The translations under genes were made by a program, and so were the position numbers. A model generated the notes under the pieces. That model saw only the letters and a list, made by a program, of their open reading frames with translations, ran no database searches and was not told where the DNA came from. From NCBI RefSeq assembly GCF_009914755.1, contig NC_060926.1: a stretch of 64,000 nt of DNA; one strand, given 5' to 3'. Position 1 is the stretch's first letter; every line of letters begins with the position of its first letter. Below are positions 16,750 through 31,700 of the stretch, piece after piece. This stretch comes from the human T2T-CHM13v2.0 reference genome, Homo sapiens.

Positions 16750-17390
16750 GTTAATTTCTTTATGAATTTTAATGGAACATTTTGAAATAATGCATTCTTT
16801 TTCTCTCATATTTTGTTCATTACATTTAACAACTTCCTTCTTGAAAAGACCTGTTGAATATTTATGTTTTAAGTTAGTTTTTTTAATATTCAGTTTTATA
16901 ATTTACCTATAATTGATATGGTAGAGGTATGGTTACCTTTTATTTTCAAAATACTCAGACAACTAAGACAAAACATTTTATAATAATATATTTCTTCTAT
17001 ATTGTTTTGAGATAATTTTTAACCTATATATTTTTTAAATGTTAATATAAATGATAGAATGCCTTCTTCCATAATAACTTTTTTTCCAATTGTTTTCTAT
17101 CATTGCCTACATTTTTCTTCATGCCTCAAGTTCTAGGTAAAATTTAGAATGATTTTGTTAATATAAAGTATCATTGAGATTTTGCTAGACATTGCTCACC
17201 CCAATATTAGACTCACACAATAATTTAGCGAGAACTCCCATCTTTTTATTTCTTCTTTTCATCTCCATAGAATCATATCTTTCTTTATGACATCAGTAAA
17301 GCTTTTCTTCTGTAGTGTCTTTCTAGGCTTTTTCATATCATATTTTCGTAAATAGAATCTTTTGGGGCTTAAGGCGAGAGGTAAAATATT
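16750..17390 (-). mobile_element. Ancient L1M ORF2 fragment
   Basis: T-rich decayed L1 antisense motifs (ttgagattttgctagacattgc...taatttagcgagaac). Confidence 0.5.
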
Positions 17391-18002
17391 TTGTGAGATG
17401 CCGTGGAAAAAGATAGGGTGAAGGAGAGCCTGGTGTTTCTCTTGGATAATGGTCCATGGTGTTGTGAACAGGAGTGGTGAAAACAGAAATGGAAGGAGCT
17501 GTTGCCTTGGGTAATTCTGAGACAAAGACCCACAGCCAGGTATGTTTTTGTTCTAGTGACAGCATGCAACTGAGAGAGAGTGGGGAGGGTCTGTGCATCC
17601 CCAATCCTGGCTGACCTCTCTGCAATGCGGGCTCCTGGGAGTTAACATCTAGAAGATCTGTTGCCCTGAGGGACAGAGTCTGTGGCCAGGAAATAAGTCA
17701 TGATGTGGAGTGGTGCCTTCAAGGGGCTACAAGAGGGGTGGCAGTAGTATTGGATGCAGAAGTTAAGAGAAAGTACTAAAGCAACAAGGTTGGAAGGTTA
17801 AGAGCAGTTATTATTAGCTGGGGAGGTTCTGTACTATAACATGAACAATTATTTTTTACTGGGTTTTGGACGAACAGTATTTATCATGTCCTGAAAGGGT
17901 GCTTATTCCAAAACAGCTTAGGAACTTTTAATCTAAGGGCAGCTCTCTGGGTAGACATAATAAGATAATGGCCTTCATGCTGACATTTGAGGGGTATTTT
18001 AA

Positions 18003-18141
18003 TTTTTTAATTTTTAATTTTTTAGAGATTGGAGTCTCACTGTGCTGCCCAGGCTGGCCTCCAACTCCTGGGTTCAAACAATCCTCCCTCCTGAGCCTCC
18101 CAAGTGGCTGAGATTACAGGCATGTGTCATGCACCTGGCTC
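18003..18141 (-). mobile_element. FLAM_A Alu monomer
   Basis: Monomer sequence with a perfect 14-bp TSD gaggggtattttaa (17989-18002, 18142-18155). Confidence 0.88.
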
Positions 18142-19180
18142 GAGGGGTATTTTAAAATTTTCTGCCAGTGCCAATAGAAGTTGTCTACTTTCCCCTTCCC
18201 TACTCAGGAATTTCCTGTCATTCTACTTATAGAAAAGAAACAGGAGAAGAATAATCACAATCAAGTTAGTAGCATCACAATCAAATAAAAATTAAAGCCA
18301 GTTAATAAAAATTAATATAAGCTAATGAATGAATATCTTCCAAAGAGAAGGACATTCAGTGAGATGCTGTACAATGCAGCAAATATTTCTTGCATGCCTG
18401 TTGGGTATTAAGCATTCGTCTAGGAATGGTCTGATTTTTTTTAACTCTCTTTGAAAAAAGAAATAAGCATTTTTCCTTTCATCATGGGTCATCACAGGTA
18501 ATGCAAAATAAATTTCTCTGTACAATATCCCTTAGCAACTCCCTAGCAACATTCAAATGAGCAAGCTTTTACCAACGGGGTTCACAGGACAAAATTTTAA
18601 GAAAAAGTAGCCTTTTTTTGCCACTAAATCTTTAATTTTAAATGTTTTACAAGAGAAATAATGTTTCATATGAAGGTTTAAATTATTAATTATCAAGTGC
18701 TCCTTTCCATATTAACATCTAGCATAATATTGTGAACAATAAAAGTCTGTTGAATAGAATCTTATTAAATATAGTAAGTCTGGGAAAATCTGGAAGAAAC
18801 ATTACTCTTCTTCTCTTGAGGTTCATGATGTCATTTTCTCTCCTTTTCCTCATAGATGACACTTATCTAATTTCTAATTGTTCCATCTAATTAATTGGAG
18901 ATTTGACTGCCTGAATAGATTCTTGCCCTCTACCTAGGAAAATTTAATATTCTTGTTTATAAATCATCTACTACAATAGCTTGGAACTCCATTTACATGG
19001 TTTTCTCTCTGTGCTTCAGCTTCAGGCTTTAAAAACTAATGAAATAACTAATTAATTAACTAATCTAATGAAACAAAAACATCCTGAAACTTTTCCTCAT
19101 TTTCTATGTCACTAATATTAAATGTCCACATTTTAGACTCTGACGATGGCCTCCTCTTCTTCTAAAATTACTAATGCTCA

Positions 19181-19513
19181 TGCTATGGATTGCATGTCTA
19201 TATCCCTCCACAAATTCATGTTAAAATCCTAACCCTCAATGTGACGATATTAAGAGATGAGGCTTCCTAACTAAGGTGGAGCCCTCATAGATGAGATTTG
19301 TGCCCTTATATAAAAGAGACCCCAGAGAGCTCTTTCGTTCTCTTTCCGCCATGCAAAGATACAAAGAGAAGGTGGCAACGCAGAAGAGGGCCCACACCAG
19401 AACCTGACCATACTGGCACCCTGATCTTGGACTTTCTAGGTGGCAGAGCCATGAGAAATATATTTCTGTTGTTTATAAGGCCTCCAGTCTTGCACCCTGC
19501 ACTGACCAAGACA
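19181..19513 (+). mobile_element. MLT1A-like MaLR solo LTR
   Basis: tgctatgg...aagaca termini, aaaagagaccccagagagctc motif, TSD gctca (19176-19180, 19514-19518). Confidence 0.88.
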
Positions 19514-19535
19514 GCTCATATTCTATCTTTTAATC

Positions 19536-19700
19536 CAGTGGTGTGGCAGTAGACTGGCTCTCTGAAAAAAATAAGGCCCCAGTTTGTGGTGCTTGCTGAT
19601 TTCCAAGGCACAAATATTCCCAACAATGCTTTTTTCAAGCTACCCACATGAGGTCATTTAAACAGTTGAAAAGAGAAGTGCACAATCAACTCTTGCTAGT
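19536..19700. mobile_element. Probable hAT-like DNA transposon relic
   Basis: cagtggtgtg start and caaatattcccaacaatgcttttttcaagctacc motif; family not certain. Confidence 0.35.
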
Positions 19701-21398
19701 TTCCTAGGCTATGGCCTGCCTTTCTACTCCTCTCTCCATTTTCTCTGTCTGAAAGTGCCTGTATATGGCTTTCCTCTTCTGTCTTCCAGTCTGGAACTCT
19801 GGTGTGAGGACATGAGTTTACTCCCTTAGAATCTCTATCACCAACCTTCGATCCTTTCCATCTAATAATACCTCTTTCTGGTATCAATACAACAATCTAC
19901 CATTTGACTCAAATTGGATTTCTGGGAGGACTGTGAACCAGGACTCAGCTGGGTGGATTGGAAATTGATAGATTCTACTTGCCATTGGGCCCTCAACACT
20001 ACTGATCCAGGCAGGGTTTACTCTATTGATTCTTCATTTACTGAGCACTGAAAACCTCAATTTCTCTCCTCAGACCACTATCCTGTCCCTCTACCACCAT
20101 GAATGCTGAAAACCTTGGCATTAGTATAGACAAGAAAATGGAGATCTTTGGGAAGTAAATCAACCAATCTCGTAACCTGACCTCCCTCAAATTTCTTCCT
20201 CACACACCTTTGTCTACTTTGTAATCTCCAACTGCAGAAGGTATTTTTCATCCTGAATGAAGCCAATTCCTTCACCTCTGCTCATTTCCCTGGCACTCGC
20301 ATCTCTCGGGAACCTCCTTCACCAGTGGACTCCTCTCCATAGCCATAACTGCTCCCTCCAGATTAAATCTCTTCCTTCAGTCATTAAACGTTCTCTGGCC
20401 ACTTCGGCTCCAAAAAATTGCGACCTCTTTTAAGGTGACGTCTTCTTTTGCTATTGTCACATCTTTCTCTCATTTAAGATCCCAGATAGAGTCACCTACT
20501 CATGGCAGATCCTTTTCCTTTCTGGTTTATTTGGCTTTCTTCCATTCTTAATTTTTCATTTTCTCCTCACATTTACTCATAACCCCTCATACACGCACAC
20601 TCACACACACCCCTCACTCATACCCATTGACCTACTACCCACACTCACGTTAATTATACTCACTTAACCACCAACAATGTCCCATGTTCAACATTTATAG
20701 TGCTTATCTAATCTGTGTCTCTCTGCCAAATATGATCATTAATTCCTGGCTTCATGAAGTGCCCAACTTCTATGATGTCTACGAAATGTTACATCTTTTT
20801 ACCTCCTTTCTCCCTTCTGTGGTCCTTTTCCTCTATATATTTATCTAGTTTTAAATAAATGATCACATTGGCAAATGCCTGTGGCTTTATTATAATACAT
20901 TTCTGAGCAGCATGATTCATTTATATGGTTTTAACTAGACGTTTTTAATCAGAATGAACTCCAAATATATATTTCCACCCCTTATCTTTTCTGCTTTTTA
21001 CCTAAATTCTACATGAGAATCTCTACCGTAAAGGAAAAACACAACACTGAATTCATCTTTGGTCTTCCCAGAGTTTCTCGCCTTTCTGTATTTGGTGTCT
21101 CACTGGAAGGAACTACTGTTTGACGAGGGAAAAAGATTTGAAGTTGCCTTTGAGTCCTTTCTCTCCCCTTAATATTCCCATGCCCAGTCAATCACCAACC
21201 TCTAGATATCTGTGGAATCTAAACACTTCTCCCCCTTATTTAGACCTGCATCATTTTCGCTAGAGTTATTGCAAAGATTCCTCACTCTTTCTGTTTCTTC
21301 CTCAAATCCTGCCTCCACACTATCTCCAGGGTGTTCTAGCTGACTCTGCATGGCCTACATGGTGAAGCTCAAGCTTTGATCAGATCAAAAGGGCTCCC

Positions 21399-21753
<355 letters not shown>

Positions 21754-22084
21754 TTATGTCAAATGCAGTGTGCCAGCGACCCTGAACTTCATACCAACCC
21801 TGGTTCACATCATGCTTATTCTCATCTCTTTATATTTGTGCAAACTGTTCCCTCTGCCTGGACTCTCTCACCCTTTGTTCATTTCGTTAGCTTTCCATAC
21901 CAAAATTTAGACAAAAAACTCTCCAGAAAGCTCACCTGGATACTCCCATTCCCTGTGGGTATGCTGGGCTTCCTCTGTCCTGGGAGCATGTGTCTATTAC
22001 ACCACTCATTGGTCAGCTTTAAATTCCTTTATCTATCTGCCTTATAGAATCAAGCTCTTCTACAGCAATCAGGGTGTTGTATTA

Positions 22085-22393
<309 letters not shown>

Positions 22394-22595
22394 AATAATG
22401 AAGTGTGTCTGACACAGATCTTGGCACACAGCTGGCCCTCACTAAATGTTGGTTGTATTTTACATCAGGCAATTGAAATGTGATAAATGTCACTAAACTC
22501 TCTCCAGGATCAGCACAGAATGCTTGAGGAATGTTGCACAATTAATAATGGTTAGATGAGTAAAAGCATAATTCCTGTGGCTTCTAATATGTCAA

Positions 22596-22641
22596 AGAGG
22601 AAGGAAAGAAGGAAGAAAGGGAAGGAAGGAAGGAAGGAAGA
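22596..22641. repeat. (GGAA)n-like purine repeat
   Basis: aggaaggaaagaaggaagaaagggaaggaaggaaggaaggaag. Confidence 0.85.
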
Positions 22642-22739
22642 ACAGTAAGCAATGAGCTTTCTAATTGATTTTCTCTTTAAACTAGAGATAAGTGTAGAGT
22701 GAGGGTCAAGATCAGGGTGAACTTGAAGGAGAAGAGAAG

Positions 22740-23700
22740 AAGATGCTGAGGACTAATTCTGACACCATTTTGCCCAAGGCTGGTCTTAGACTTGACCCGT
22801 TAATTGCCAAATGCTCTAAGCAATGATGTGCTGCCAATAATCACAGTGAGGCCTAGGCAAGGAACTGATGCTGTTTCTTCGATCAGCCAGCAGAGGGGAC
22901 AATAGAGCAAAGGCATTGATAACCTTACACAAATTTAGGAAATGTTGCTTCCTTTCCCACCACCTTCTGTTTCTCCAAGCTGAGGCTACCTCTGGGGAAT
23001 TTCTATTATTGATTGCGTGCTGTTTACTACCTTACCATCATTTATCCATGGCAGCCCATGGCAATATTGCTGCTTTTTGTCAAAATGGAAAGAAAAATGG
23101 ATGGGTTTTCATTGATGAGGCTAAGAACTCATTGTTTAATCATGCATTAAGCTCAGTATAAAGTCAACAATGAGTGGAATGCATAAAAGTTTATTTTGAA
23201 AACATTTTTTGCCTAATTTTCAATGACAATGAAAATATGCAGATACTGCAAGCTCTTGCAGTTCCCCCACCCATCAACTCTGCCTTTGCTGGTGCATGAG
23301 TCAACTAGCTTCTTAAATCACTGCATGCTTTTAGTGTCATTTCCAGTTGGCAGCACTGCAAACAACTGAGTTGTCAGAGGAGATAGATCCATGCGTAATA
23401 TCATTTGCAAATGATTTATTTCTTAAAGTGCATAAAAATGCATTTTGAGCTCCTATGGTTGTTATTCCCACAGTAAACAATGGAGTAAAGAGAACTCTTA
23501 ATTTGTTCACAGTGTGAGGGGTGTCAAGGGGAAGACAGGTTATGTTTAACATCTTTTGCATTATCAATTGACTAATAGGGTCACTGGGGAAAAAAAGCCA
23601 CTTGAATTAAGTGCCTGGAAATAACCTTACTGTGAAGATATGGTGCCGAAGATGAGAAGCCAAAATCCAGATGAAACTAATCTCTCTCCATTTCCCATGT
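22740..23700. promoter_or_regulatory. Candidate conserved enhancer (unique, motif-dense)
   Basis: No recognisable repeat. SOX, FOX, POU-like, PBX/HOX and AP-1 motifs plus a 16-bp palindrome (see findings). Confidence 0.35.
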
Positions 23701-24530
23701 TTCCCCTAAATGCTCTTTTGTTTTGTTTTGCTTTGTTAAAGTGGCATTACCCCAGGCAGCTTAACCAGAGCTAGATACAGGTCTTTTAAGGCAGTTCATA
23801 CAGAAAAGGGGAGAGGTCATTCAAGAAGAATGAACAAAGGATTTCCTACTAATGATTTCCAATTAGACCCTGTTGGCATTTTGGGTAAGGCCGTTCTTAA
23901 CTGAGAGAAGCTGTGTCTTACATTTCAGGGCAGTTAGCACCATAGCTTCCCTCCCTAAGATACTAGGAGCATGCAACAGTTATCATGAAAATCAACTGCA
24001 TGATTTTCGTAGATGGCCTCCATCTAAGTGATGCCAATTGGAAATATCTCACTGTGTGTTTTCACCATGGAAGTTTGTTATCTCAGAATGTTCATTTAAT
24101 ACCATCGACAAACATGGGGATAATAGACTTACAGAGATGTAAGGACTTGAAATAACATATGCAAAGAGATGAGACATCACACAATAGGGATTTTATAAAT
24201 AGTACTTATTAATATTATTGCGAGGAAATGTGCAAGTTATAACAATGAATGAGAATGGACTCCTTACTCTTATAGAACTATTTAGTGGAGAAAACATACA
24301 TGCAGACATGCCCCAAATAATAACACAAGTCAGCACAGTTGTTAGGCATATTAGAGTCTGAACAGAGCTGAGTACAAATTGCTTTTGGGCTGCCTAGCTT
24401 CCGATGTTAAATGAGTACCCATTCTCTGGTGGAGTAAAGGTATGGTTTTAATCCTCTCTGTGAATCAGCTGTATGGTTTCCACCCAGATTTTGAGGTGGG
24501 AGGAGAAAATGTATAGATGAGTCTATTTTA

Positions 24531-24827
24531 TTTTATTTTATATACATTTGAGACAGGGTCTCCCTCTGTCTCCTAGGCTGGAGTGCAGTGATGCAATCTT
24601 GGCTCACTGCAGCCTTCACCTCCTGGGCTTAGGTGATCCCCTTCAGCCCCTGGAGTAGCTCAGACTACAGGCAAATGCCACCATGCATGGCTAATTTTTG
24701 TATTTTTTCTACAGACGGGGTTTTGCCATGTTGCCTAGGCTAGTCTGGAACTCCTGAGCTCAAGTGATCTGCCTGCCTTGGCCTCCCAAAGTGCTGGGAT
24801 TAGAGGCGTGAGCCACCATGCCCGCCT
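24531..24827 (-). mobile_element. AluJb
   Basis: Antisense Alu with J features; TSD atgag(t/c)ctatttta at 24517-24530 and 24829-24842. Confidence 0.9.
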
Positions 24828-25939
24828 CATGAGCCTATTTTAAATTCCAGCCTGGGATATGGCCCCTAGGTAAATGTAGCCAGGAGAGAAACTTCAAAAC
24901 TTCAAAAGTTTCAGGAAATTGATGTTAAATTTTTGTTTTACTCTCCATTATGAGGAATTTTTTAACTTCAATTGAAACAGAATTTGACTTTGTTGCACTT
25001 CAAATCCTTATGGATATTCCCCTTCAATTTCTAGCTAGTCCCAAATGTTTTATGTGCTAGTGTTTATAACCAAATTTGATTCCCAGACTCATGTGTTCCC
25101 TTAGATTATCTAATAGCCATTTCACACCCTTTCTGTTTTTTTCTGCATGGATTTATGTATGATTATGACTCCTATTTCTATTGCTATTTGTAATGTATTT
25201 TAGTTTTTGAAAATTCCTATACGTAAATCCATTCATTCAGTGCTTCACATGTTTACATTTGGCTGAATGCATGTCACCAGAAGCTAGGATATTTACTTAT
25301 AGCTTGGAAGAACTGGAATGTCTGGTAATAAGGTCATGTGGATAAAAGTTATACATTTAACAAAAAAAGAAATAAGAAAGTATATGTTGGTGAAATTTTC
25401 AATTGAGTATAAATATGTCTTTTTCTAGGGTCAATTGAGTTTCTGAGCATTTTTAAAACTGAGACTACTTTTTAATTACTTTCAAATTAAGGAACATTCA
25501 ATACTATAGCACCTTTTGTGAAGTAAATTAAAACCATTTTCTGAGATACATAGTCTGGATTTCCTCCTACTCCTGTTGCTAGGAGGAAGAAAAAGAGAAC
25601 AAGAAAGATAGTAAATAATTCAACCTTAAATTCTATGTAATATACCACCCTTCTGCCTTATCTTAGGCTAAATTAGCATATTTCAAATATTCTAAACAAT
25701 GAAATGAAAAAATAAGGGACGGGATTTCAGAGAACTCCAACTTAATGATGCAGCAGTCAACCAGCTGTTACCAACAGTTTCTTTCCAGAATGAAGTACTG
25801 ATTTGACAGTGATTGGTTACCCCACAGAGACTGTCTTGGTATCAAGAAATCCAAATAAGCTGATCACAGTGAAATCTGATCTCTCAGGGACCACTTCTGT
25901 CTGCAAATGAAGGGGAGCCATTTGACCAGCTATTAGGAT

Positions 25940-26055
25940 CTGGGGCTTTGGACTCTGACAGCACTGGGTTCAAATCCCTATTACCAATGAGTAATTGTCT
26001 GAAAGCAGACTTCTTAACCTTCTTCACCTGTGTGTTTTGCTGTCTAAGAATGGTG
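25940..26055 (+). mobile_element. MIR fragment
   Basis: ggctttggactctgacagcactgggttcaaatccc. Confidence 0.6.
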
Positions 26056-26250
26056 CCCTTTTCACTGAGCTCAGTGGATCCCTCACATTCTTCTCATCAG
26101 AGAGTTCTGGGCAAAAACTTGGAGGCCCAACTTTAAAGTTGAATAATAACTGCAACAGTGAGGTATCCCTTATTTGTGACCTGTGGAACTTTTACTCGAC
26201 CCCGCCTTCTGTTCCTATGATAACAACCACAACCATGGCAACAATAACAC

Positions 26251-27020
26251 TGATATGGACAGGAGACAGGGAGACATTGGGTAGGAGAGGGCAGTTCCTT
26301 GGCAAAGGCCCCACTCTCAAGCGTGGAAATCCACAGCCTGGAAACCCACAGCCCTCAGTGAGAAAAAGTGTTTCTGTTTTTGTACCCAAAAAGTTGCCTT
26401 TTGGTACACTACACTTCCCTATCCTGTACCCATATAAACCCTGAACCCCGGGCTCCAAAAGGAGATGAGCAAGCAGAACAATGGCAGAATGGCAGAGCAG
26501 AAAAGAAGAGAAGAAGCATCTGAATGTCAAGAGGAGCACAGCTGGGGACAATCAGAGAGATCAGCTGCTGGACCGCCAAACCCTAGGGGAAGATCATTTT
26601 CCCACTCTGTCCCCCTTCCAGCTCCCCATTCATCCTGCTGAGAGCTACCTCCACCACTCAATAAAACCCTGCATTCATTCTTCAAGTCCCTGTGTGACCT
26701 GGTTCTTCCTGGTTGCTGGACAAGGAACTGGGTCCCAAGGGGGTCCACTGAGCCGTCTAACACTTAAACCACCTGCAGGTGGCAAGGCTAAAAGAACACA
26801 TTCTAACATGTGCCCACTTGGGCTTTGGGAGTTGAAGACACCCAACCCAACCCCATGGCTACCATGGGGCCAGAGCCCCCAAAACACTAGCCCTGGCTCC
26901 TGCACCTGTCCATCTGTGTGCCCCTACTCTCTTAAGGGGTTTGAGCATGGCAGCTGAACAAATGAGCTACACCCATGTCACATGTCCTGCAAGGGGGGGT
27001 CAGGGAACTCTCCTGTTTCA
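26251..27020 (+). mobile_element. LTR1-family ERV1 solo LTR (770 bp), inserted into a minus-strand MIR
   Basis: tgatatggacaggagacaggg...ggcaaaggccccac start, catataaa TATA-like (~26431), aataaa (~26660), cagggaactctcctgtttca end. TSD acac/gcac. MIR resumes at 27021-27120. Confidence 0.85.
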
Positions 27021-27743
27021 GCACTGTGCACCAGACATGGTGTAAGTTCTTTGGATATACCAACTCATTCATTTCTTACTATAACCCCAGGAAGTCAATA
27101 ACTTCATATTATACCACACTTATTAGAAGTTTCTAAACATATTTCTACATTTTTTCAGAGAGGAATAAAGGGGACTGAATGCTTGATTTTGAAATCTGAT
27201 AGCAATAAAAAAACTAAATTCTGCCAAAATAATGTTTAGTTGAAAAGAATGAATCGGAAACTCCAAAATGCCCAACAAAAGCATAACAGTTTCTTTTTTT
27301 TCATAGTGGGGATAAAAGAGGAAAACAAAGATGGTATAAAAATGGCAGGTATCTCTCACAACCTGGCATATATGGCTGGTGTAGACAACCCTACCTGCTC
27401 CACCTCACAGACATGTTGGCTAAAATACAGTAACAGCAACAATAAATCTACATTTGTATGTAATATCAACTTAAACTATGTGTAACATCATCTTATATAC
27501 CTCATATCTCAAATATTATACTGTCTTGTATAATTTTTAATCTATATCTACTATCTATTTCTAGATCTATATTTCATATTTAGATATTCATTACATTGTT
27601 CTTCACACTGATTGGGTGTTTTAAATGTTTTGTAATAAATTAAAACAAAGGAAAAATATATTGGTAACTTTTCTGAACACTTAATCAAATGGTATATTAA
27701 AATTTAAGAAATGAACAGAGAGATCTGGTGGTGACCTGGCAAC

Positions 27744-28423
<680 letters not shown>

Positions 28424-28780
28424 GCAACCCAATGGGGCTTTAGTCCTGGATATGGCCTGGTAGCGGGGATGTGATTCTAATGCTCTCTGAGAGCAGAAGG
28501 CATGTCCAAAGGACAGAGGAAGATAATGAAGCTGAAACTGAGCTTGAAACCTTGAATTTCTGCCCCATGTAATCATATATAGTCCTCTAGCCTAAAGAGG
28601 CCAAGAGGAAGCTTCCTTCATTTGGGGTCATGAATGGCCAATCTAATGTGCTGTGTGGGTCTGAATTTATCTATTTTTTGGATCATGAACTGAAAAATAT
28701 AAGGAAAACCTCTAGGCTCTCAAGCAAATACACAAACTGTGTAGGTGGTTACATTTATACTGAAGGCACACAGCATTCTA

Positions 28781-29258
28781 AGTCTTGGTCTGAGTTACTC
28801 CAGGAGCAAACCTTGAGACTAATATTTGAGTGCAGATTGTTTGTTTGAAAAGTGATTCAAGAAACATCCATAGGGCAGAGGTGAATAGAGATAAGAAAGT
28901 GTGCGAACCCAACAAAAGCTGCGTTATTATTAAAATAGTCACCACTGTGGGCAACTGGAGTGCAATGTCACTGACGAACTCATAGAAACTATGTGAAATT
29001 TACTTCAGAGTTATGTCAACTGAAGGGCAAGGGAACAGAGGTTTTATATACCAGCTCCTTGTCTTCCATTGGTTAAAGTTTGCTTCTAGGTGCATCACCT
29101 CTTTGGCATTTGTGAATTGCCCTGTACACTAATTGATGCACTCTCTTGGTCAGAAAAAAATGTTCTCAGGCAGAGAGTTCATGATGTTTGCACTAAACAG
29201 TGTTCAGGCTAGCAGATGTGAAGGCCTGAGGGTATGGAGAGGTCACTGAAACTTCTAC
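28781..29258 (-). mobile_element. LTR33-like ERVL LTR
   Basis: gtcttggtctgagttactccaggagcaaaccttgagac...tttgagtgcag...ccactgtgggcaactggag motifs. Confidence 0.6.
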
Positions 29259-30349
29259 AATAACAGCGCTCCAAAATCAAGTGAGGAAAAGTTGTGCTTG
29301 TCAGTCTCAAAGATTATATTGATTTTTCAATTATTTGACCATTATACCTGTTAATCTAGTTGTGCTCATCAATTGCCAAATGCAATGATGAAAAAAGATG
29401 AAAAATGATGAAAAGCAATGATGAAAAAAGAAAAAGAAAATCACAATACACCTACTAATGGCTAATCCAGAATCCTTTCAACAGTGTATTCACACTACTC
29501 ATATAAAAAAAGAAATGTGTGTAATTCCAAATGGATTGGCCAAATGCAATTCTGCCAGTTTTCAGTAATTTGTAGAGTCATGTACATGAGTAGGCATTTT
29601 TAATTTTTTGTTTATTTGTTTTGAAATGTTTTCTCAACAAAAAGCCATGGCAGACTACTAAGTCTGTGCACTATCCTCAGTCATCTGCCCGGGACTGACA
29701 GTATCACTCAGCCCTCATGCATTTCTACTGTCTGCCTTTGTATGGTTTCAGAGTCCAAGAGCCCCATTTCTGACAGCGATTTGGAAGCAGAGGTATCATA
29801 AAACCAACTGAAACAATCTCATGATTAATCCTGGTCCATTGACTAATTGTGGTGACAACTGGAACACAGCTTCTGGGCCAGATATCACAAAGATCTGAAG
29901 TCATCAAAAGAGCCACCTATGATCCTGAAAATCTCTTAAGTGATATGCCTAAGGCCCTTCTCCTAACCTAGAACTGAGAGTGATGAAGTTTGACTTGTAG
30001 TTACTATGATTTACCGCTGGGAAAACCATCATTCATTTTTCTTTTTTTTCTACTGGGGAGAAAGTTAAAACTGTGAATTTAACATGCTTATAGCCACATA
30101 GGTTGAATTCTCTAATGGTCATTTATAAAACATAATTTTACTTTTGTCTGCAAAGATTTTTTAACACTTAATACAAGAAAACATTTAAGATATTTTTGTT
30201 GTCTGTATTAAATATATTCTCTTTGAACATGGAGAAAGAATGATCAGCGTCTGACAATTTTTGCTGAAATATTTGTCAAGGAAGAGGGATGCAGGAGTCG
30301 GTTAGTGAAAGCATCTAAAAGCATATTTTGTATTGGCTTTCACTTGCTC

Positions 30350-30860
30350 ACAGGAAAAAGCAATGCACCATTCTTTCCTTGCATATCAGGACTTTCACAA
30401 TCTGGACCCAAATTCTCTCAACTTCTTGGCTCACACCACTCCCTGCTACTCCTTCTGTTATATTCCTAATTGGATTAACTAATTTCCTTGCAGTTTTATG
30501 AGTTTGAAACTTTCCTACGTGTGCCCAGGTGAATTCCTCTGTCTGAAATTCCCTTGTTGTCAGTCTCCATTGAGTAACATATTCTTCCCCACAGCGAAGC
30601 TCAAATGTCACTTCCTCTATCGAGTCTGATATCTTTCATCCTTCATTGTCACTTCCTTTCCTGAACTCCCTAAAGACTCTTATGATATCCCTAATATGTC
30701 AAGCAATTTGTCAACCTGATGGCCTGTTTTACTTAATGATGATCTCTTTGAATGATGAGGTGATAGTACGTGTCTTACTATTTCCTGTCAACACGTGCAG
30801 TGTCTGACGTACAAGTCAATTCTTAGTAGGTGATCAAATGTGTGTAGATGATGGAAGGAA
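30350..30860 (+). mobile_element. L2 3' fragment
   Basis: agctcaaatgtcacttcctct and a degenerate L2 3' end. Confidence 0.6.
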
Positions 30861-31169
30861 CCAAAAGGATGGAGAAAAAGCTTTTACCAGACCCACATCA
30901 GACAGAAACAGACATAAAAGCAATAGGACCCAGTGTCTATTAAATTTTTAACATGTGGCTGACATTGCATTAAGTGCTTCACATATGAAGCACGAAATTC
31001 CTTGAAATATTAATCCCGGCACTTCCCTTTTCAGCATTTCTTGTACTTGACTCATCCCCTAGTTGGGTCAGTTGCATCCCCTTTGCCTTGAGGAGACTTA
31101 TAATCATTACAAAACGGAAGAATGCAGGAAGAAACTATATCTGGTTATTAAAACACCCCAAATAGGCTT

Positions 31170-31700
31170 TTTTGTTGTTGTTGTTGGTGCTATTATTATT
31201 ATTATTTTTTATTATACTCTAAGTTCTGGGGTACATGTGCAGAACGTGCAGTTCTGTTACATAGGTATACATGTGCCTTGGTGGCTTGCTATACCCATCA
31301 ACCCATCATCTACATTAGGTATTTCTCCTGATGTTATCCCTCCCCTAGCCCCCAACCCCACAGCAGGTCCCAATGTGTGATGTTCCCTTCCCTGTATCCA
31401 TGTGTTATCATTGTTGAACTCCCACTTATGAGTGAGAACATGCGGTGTTTGGCTTTCTGTTCTTGTGATAGTTTGCTGAGAATGATGGTATCCAGCTTCA
31501 TCTATGTCCCTGCAAAGGATATGAACCAATCCTTTTTTATGGCTGCATAGTATTCCATGGTGTATATGTGCCACATTTTCTTTATCCAGTCTATTTTTGA
31601 TGGATGTTTGGGTTGGTTCCAAGTCTTTGCTATTGTGAATAGTGCTTCAATAAACATACGTGTTCATATGTCTTTATAGTAGAACAATTTATAATCTTTT
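31170..31700 (-). mobile_element. L1PA7/L1PA8-like 3' end (~500 bp, 5'-truncated)
   Basis: tactctaagttctggggtacatgtgcagaacgtgcag; (ttg)n/(tta)n tail. Confidence 0.9.

Noticed and set aside
17392-17730. TG...CA bounded purine-rich block as an LTR
   Set aside because: No TSD and no family motif that I can recognise with confidence.
25995-26957. 149-aa and 158-aa ORFs as genes
   Set aside because: They lie largely within the LTR1 solo LTR and MIR; no recognisable protein motifs.
29383-29440. aatgatgaaaa repeated 3-4 times
   Set aside because: Simple low-complexity slippage repeat with no further structure.
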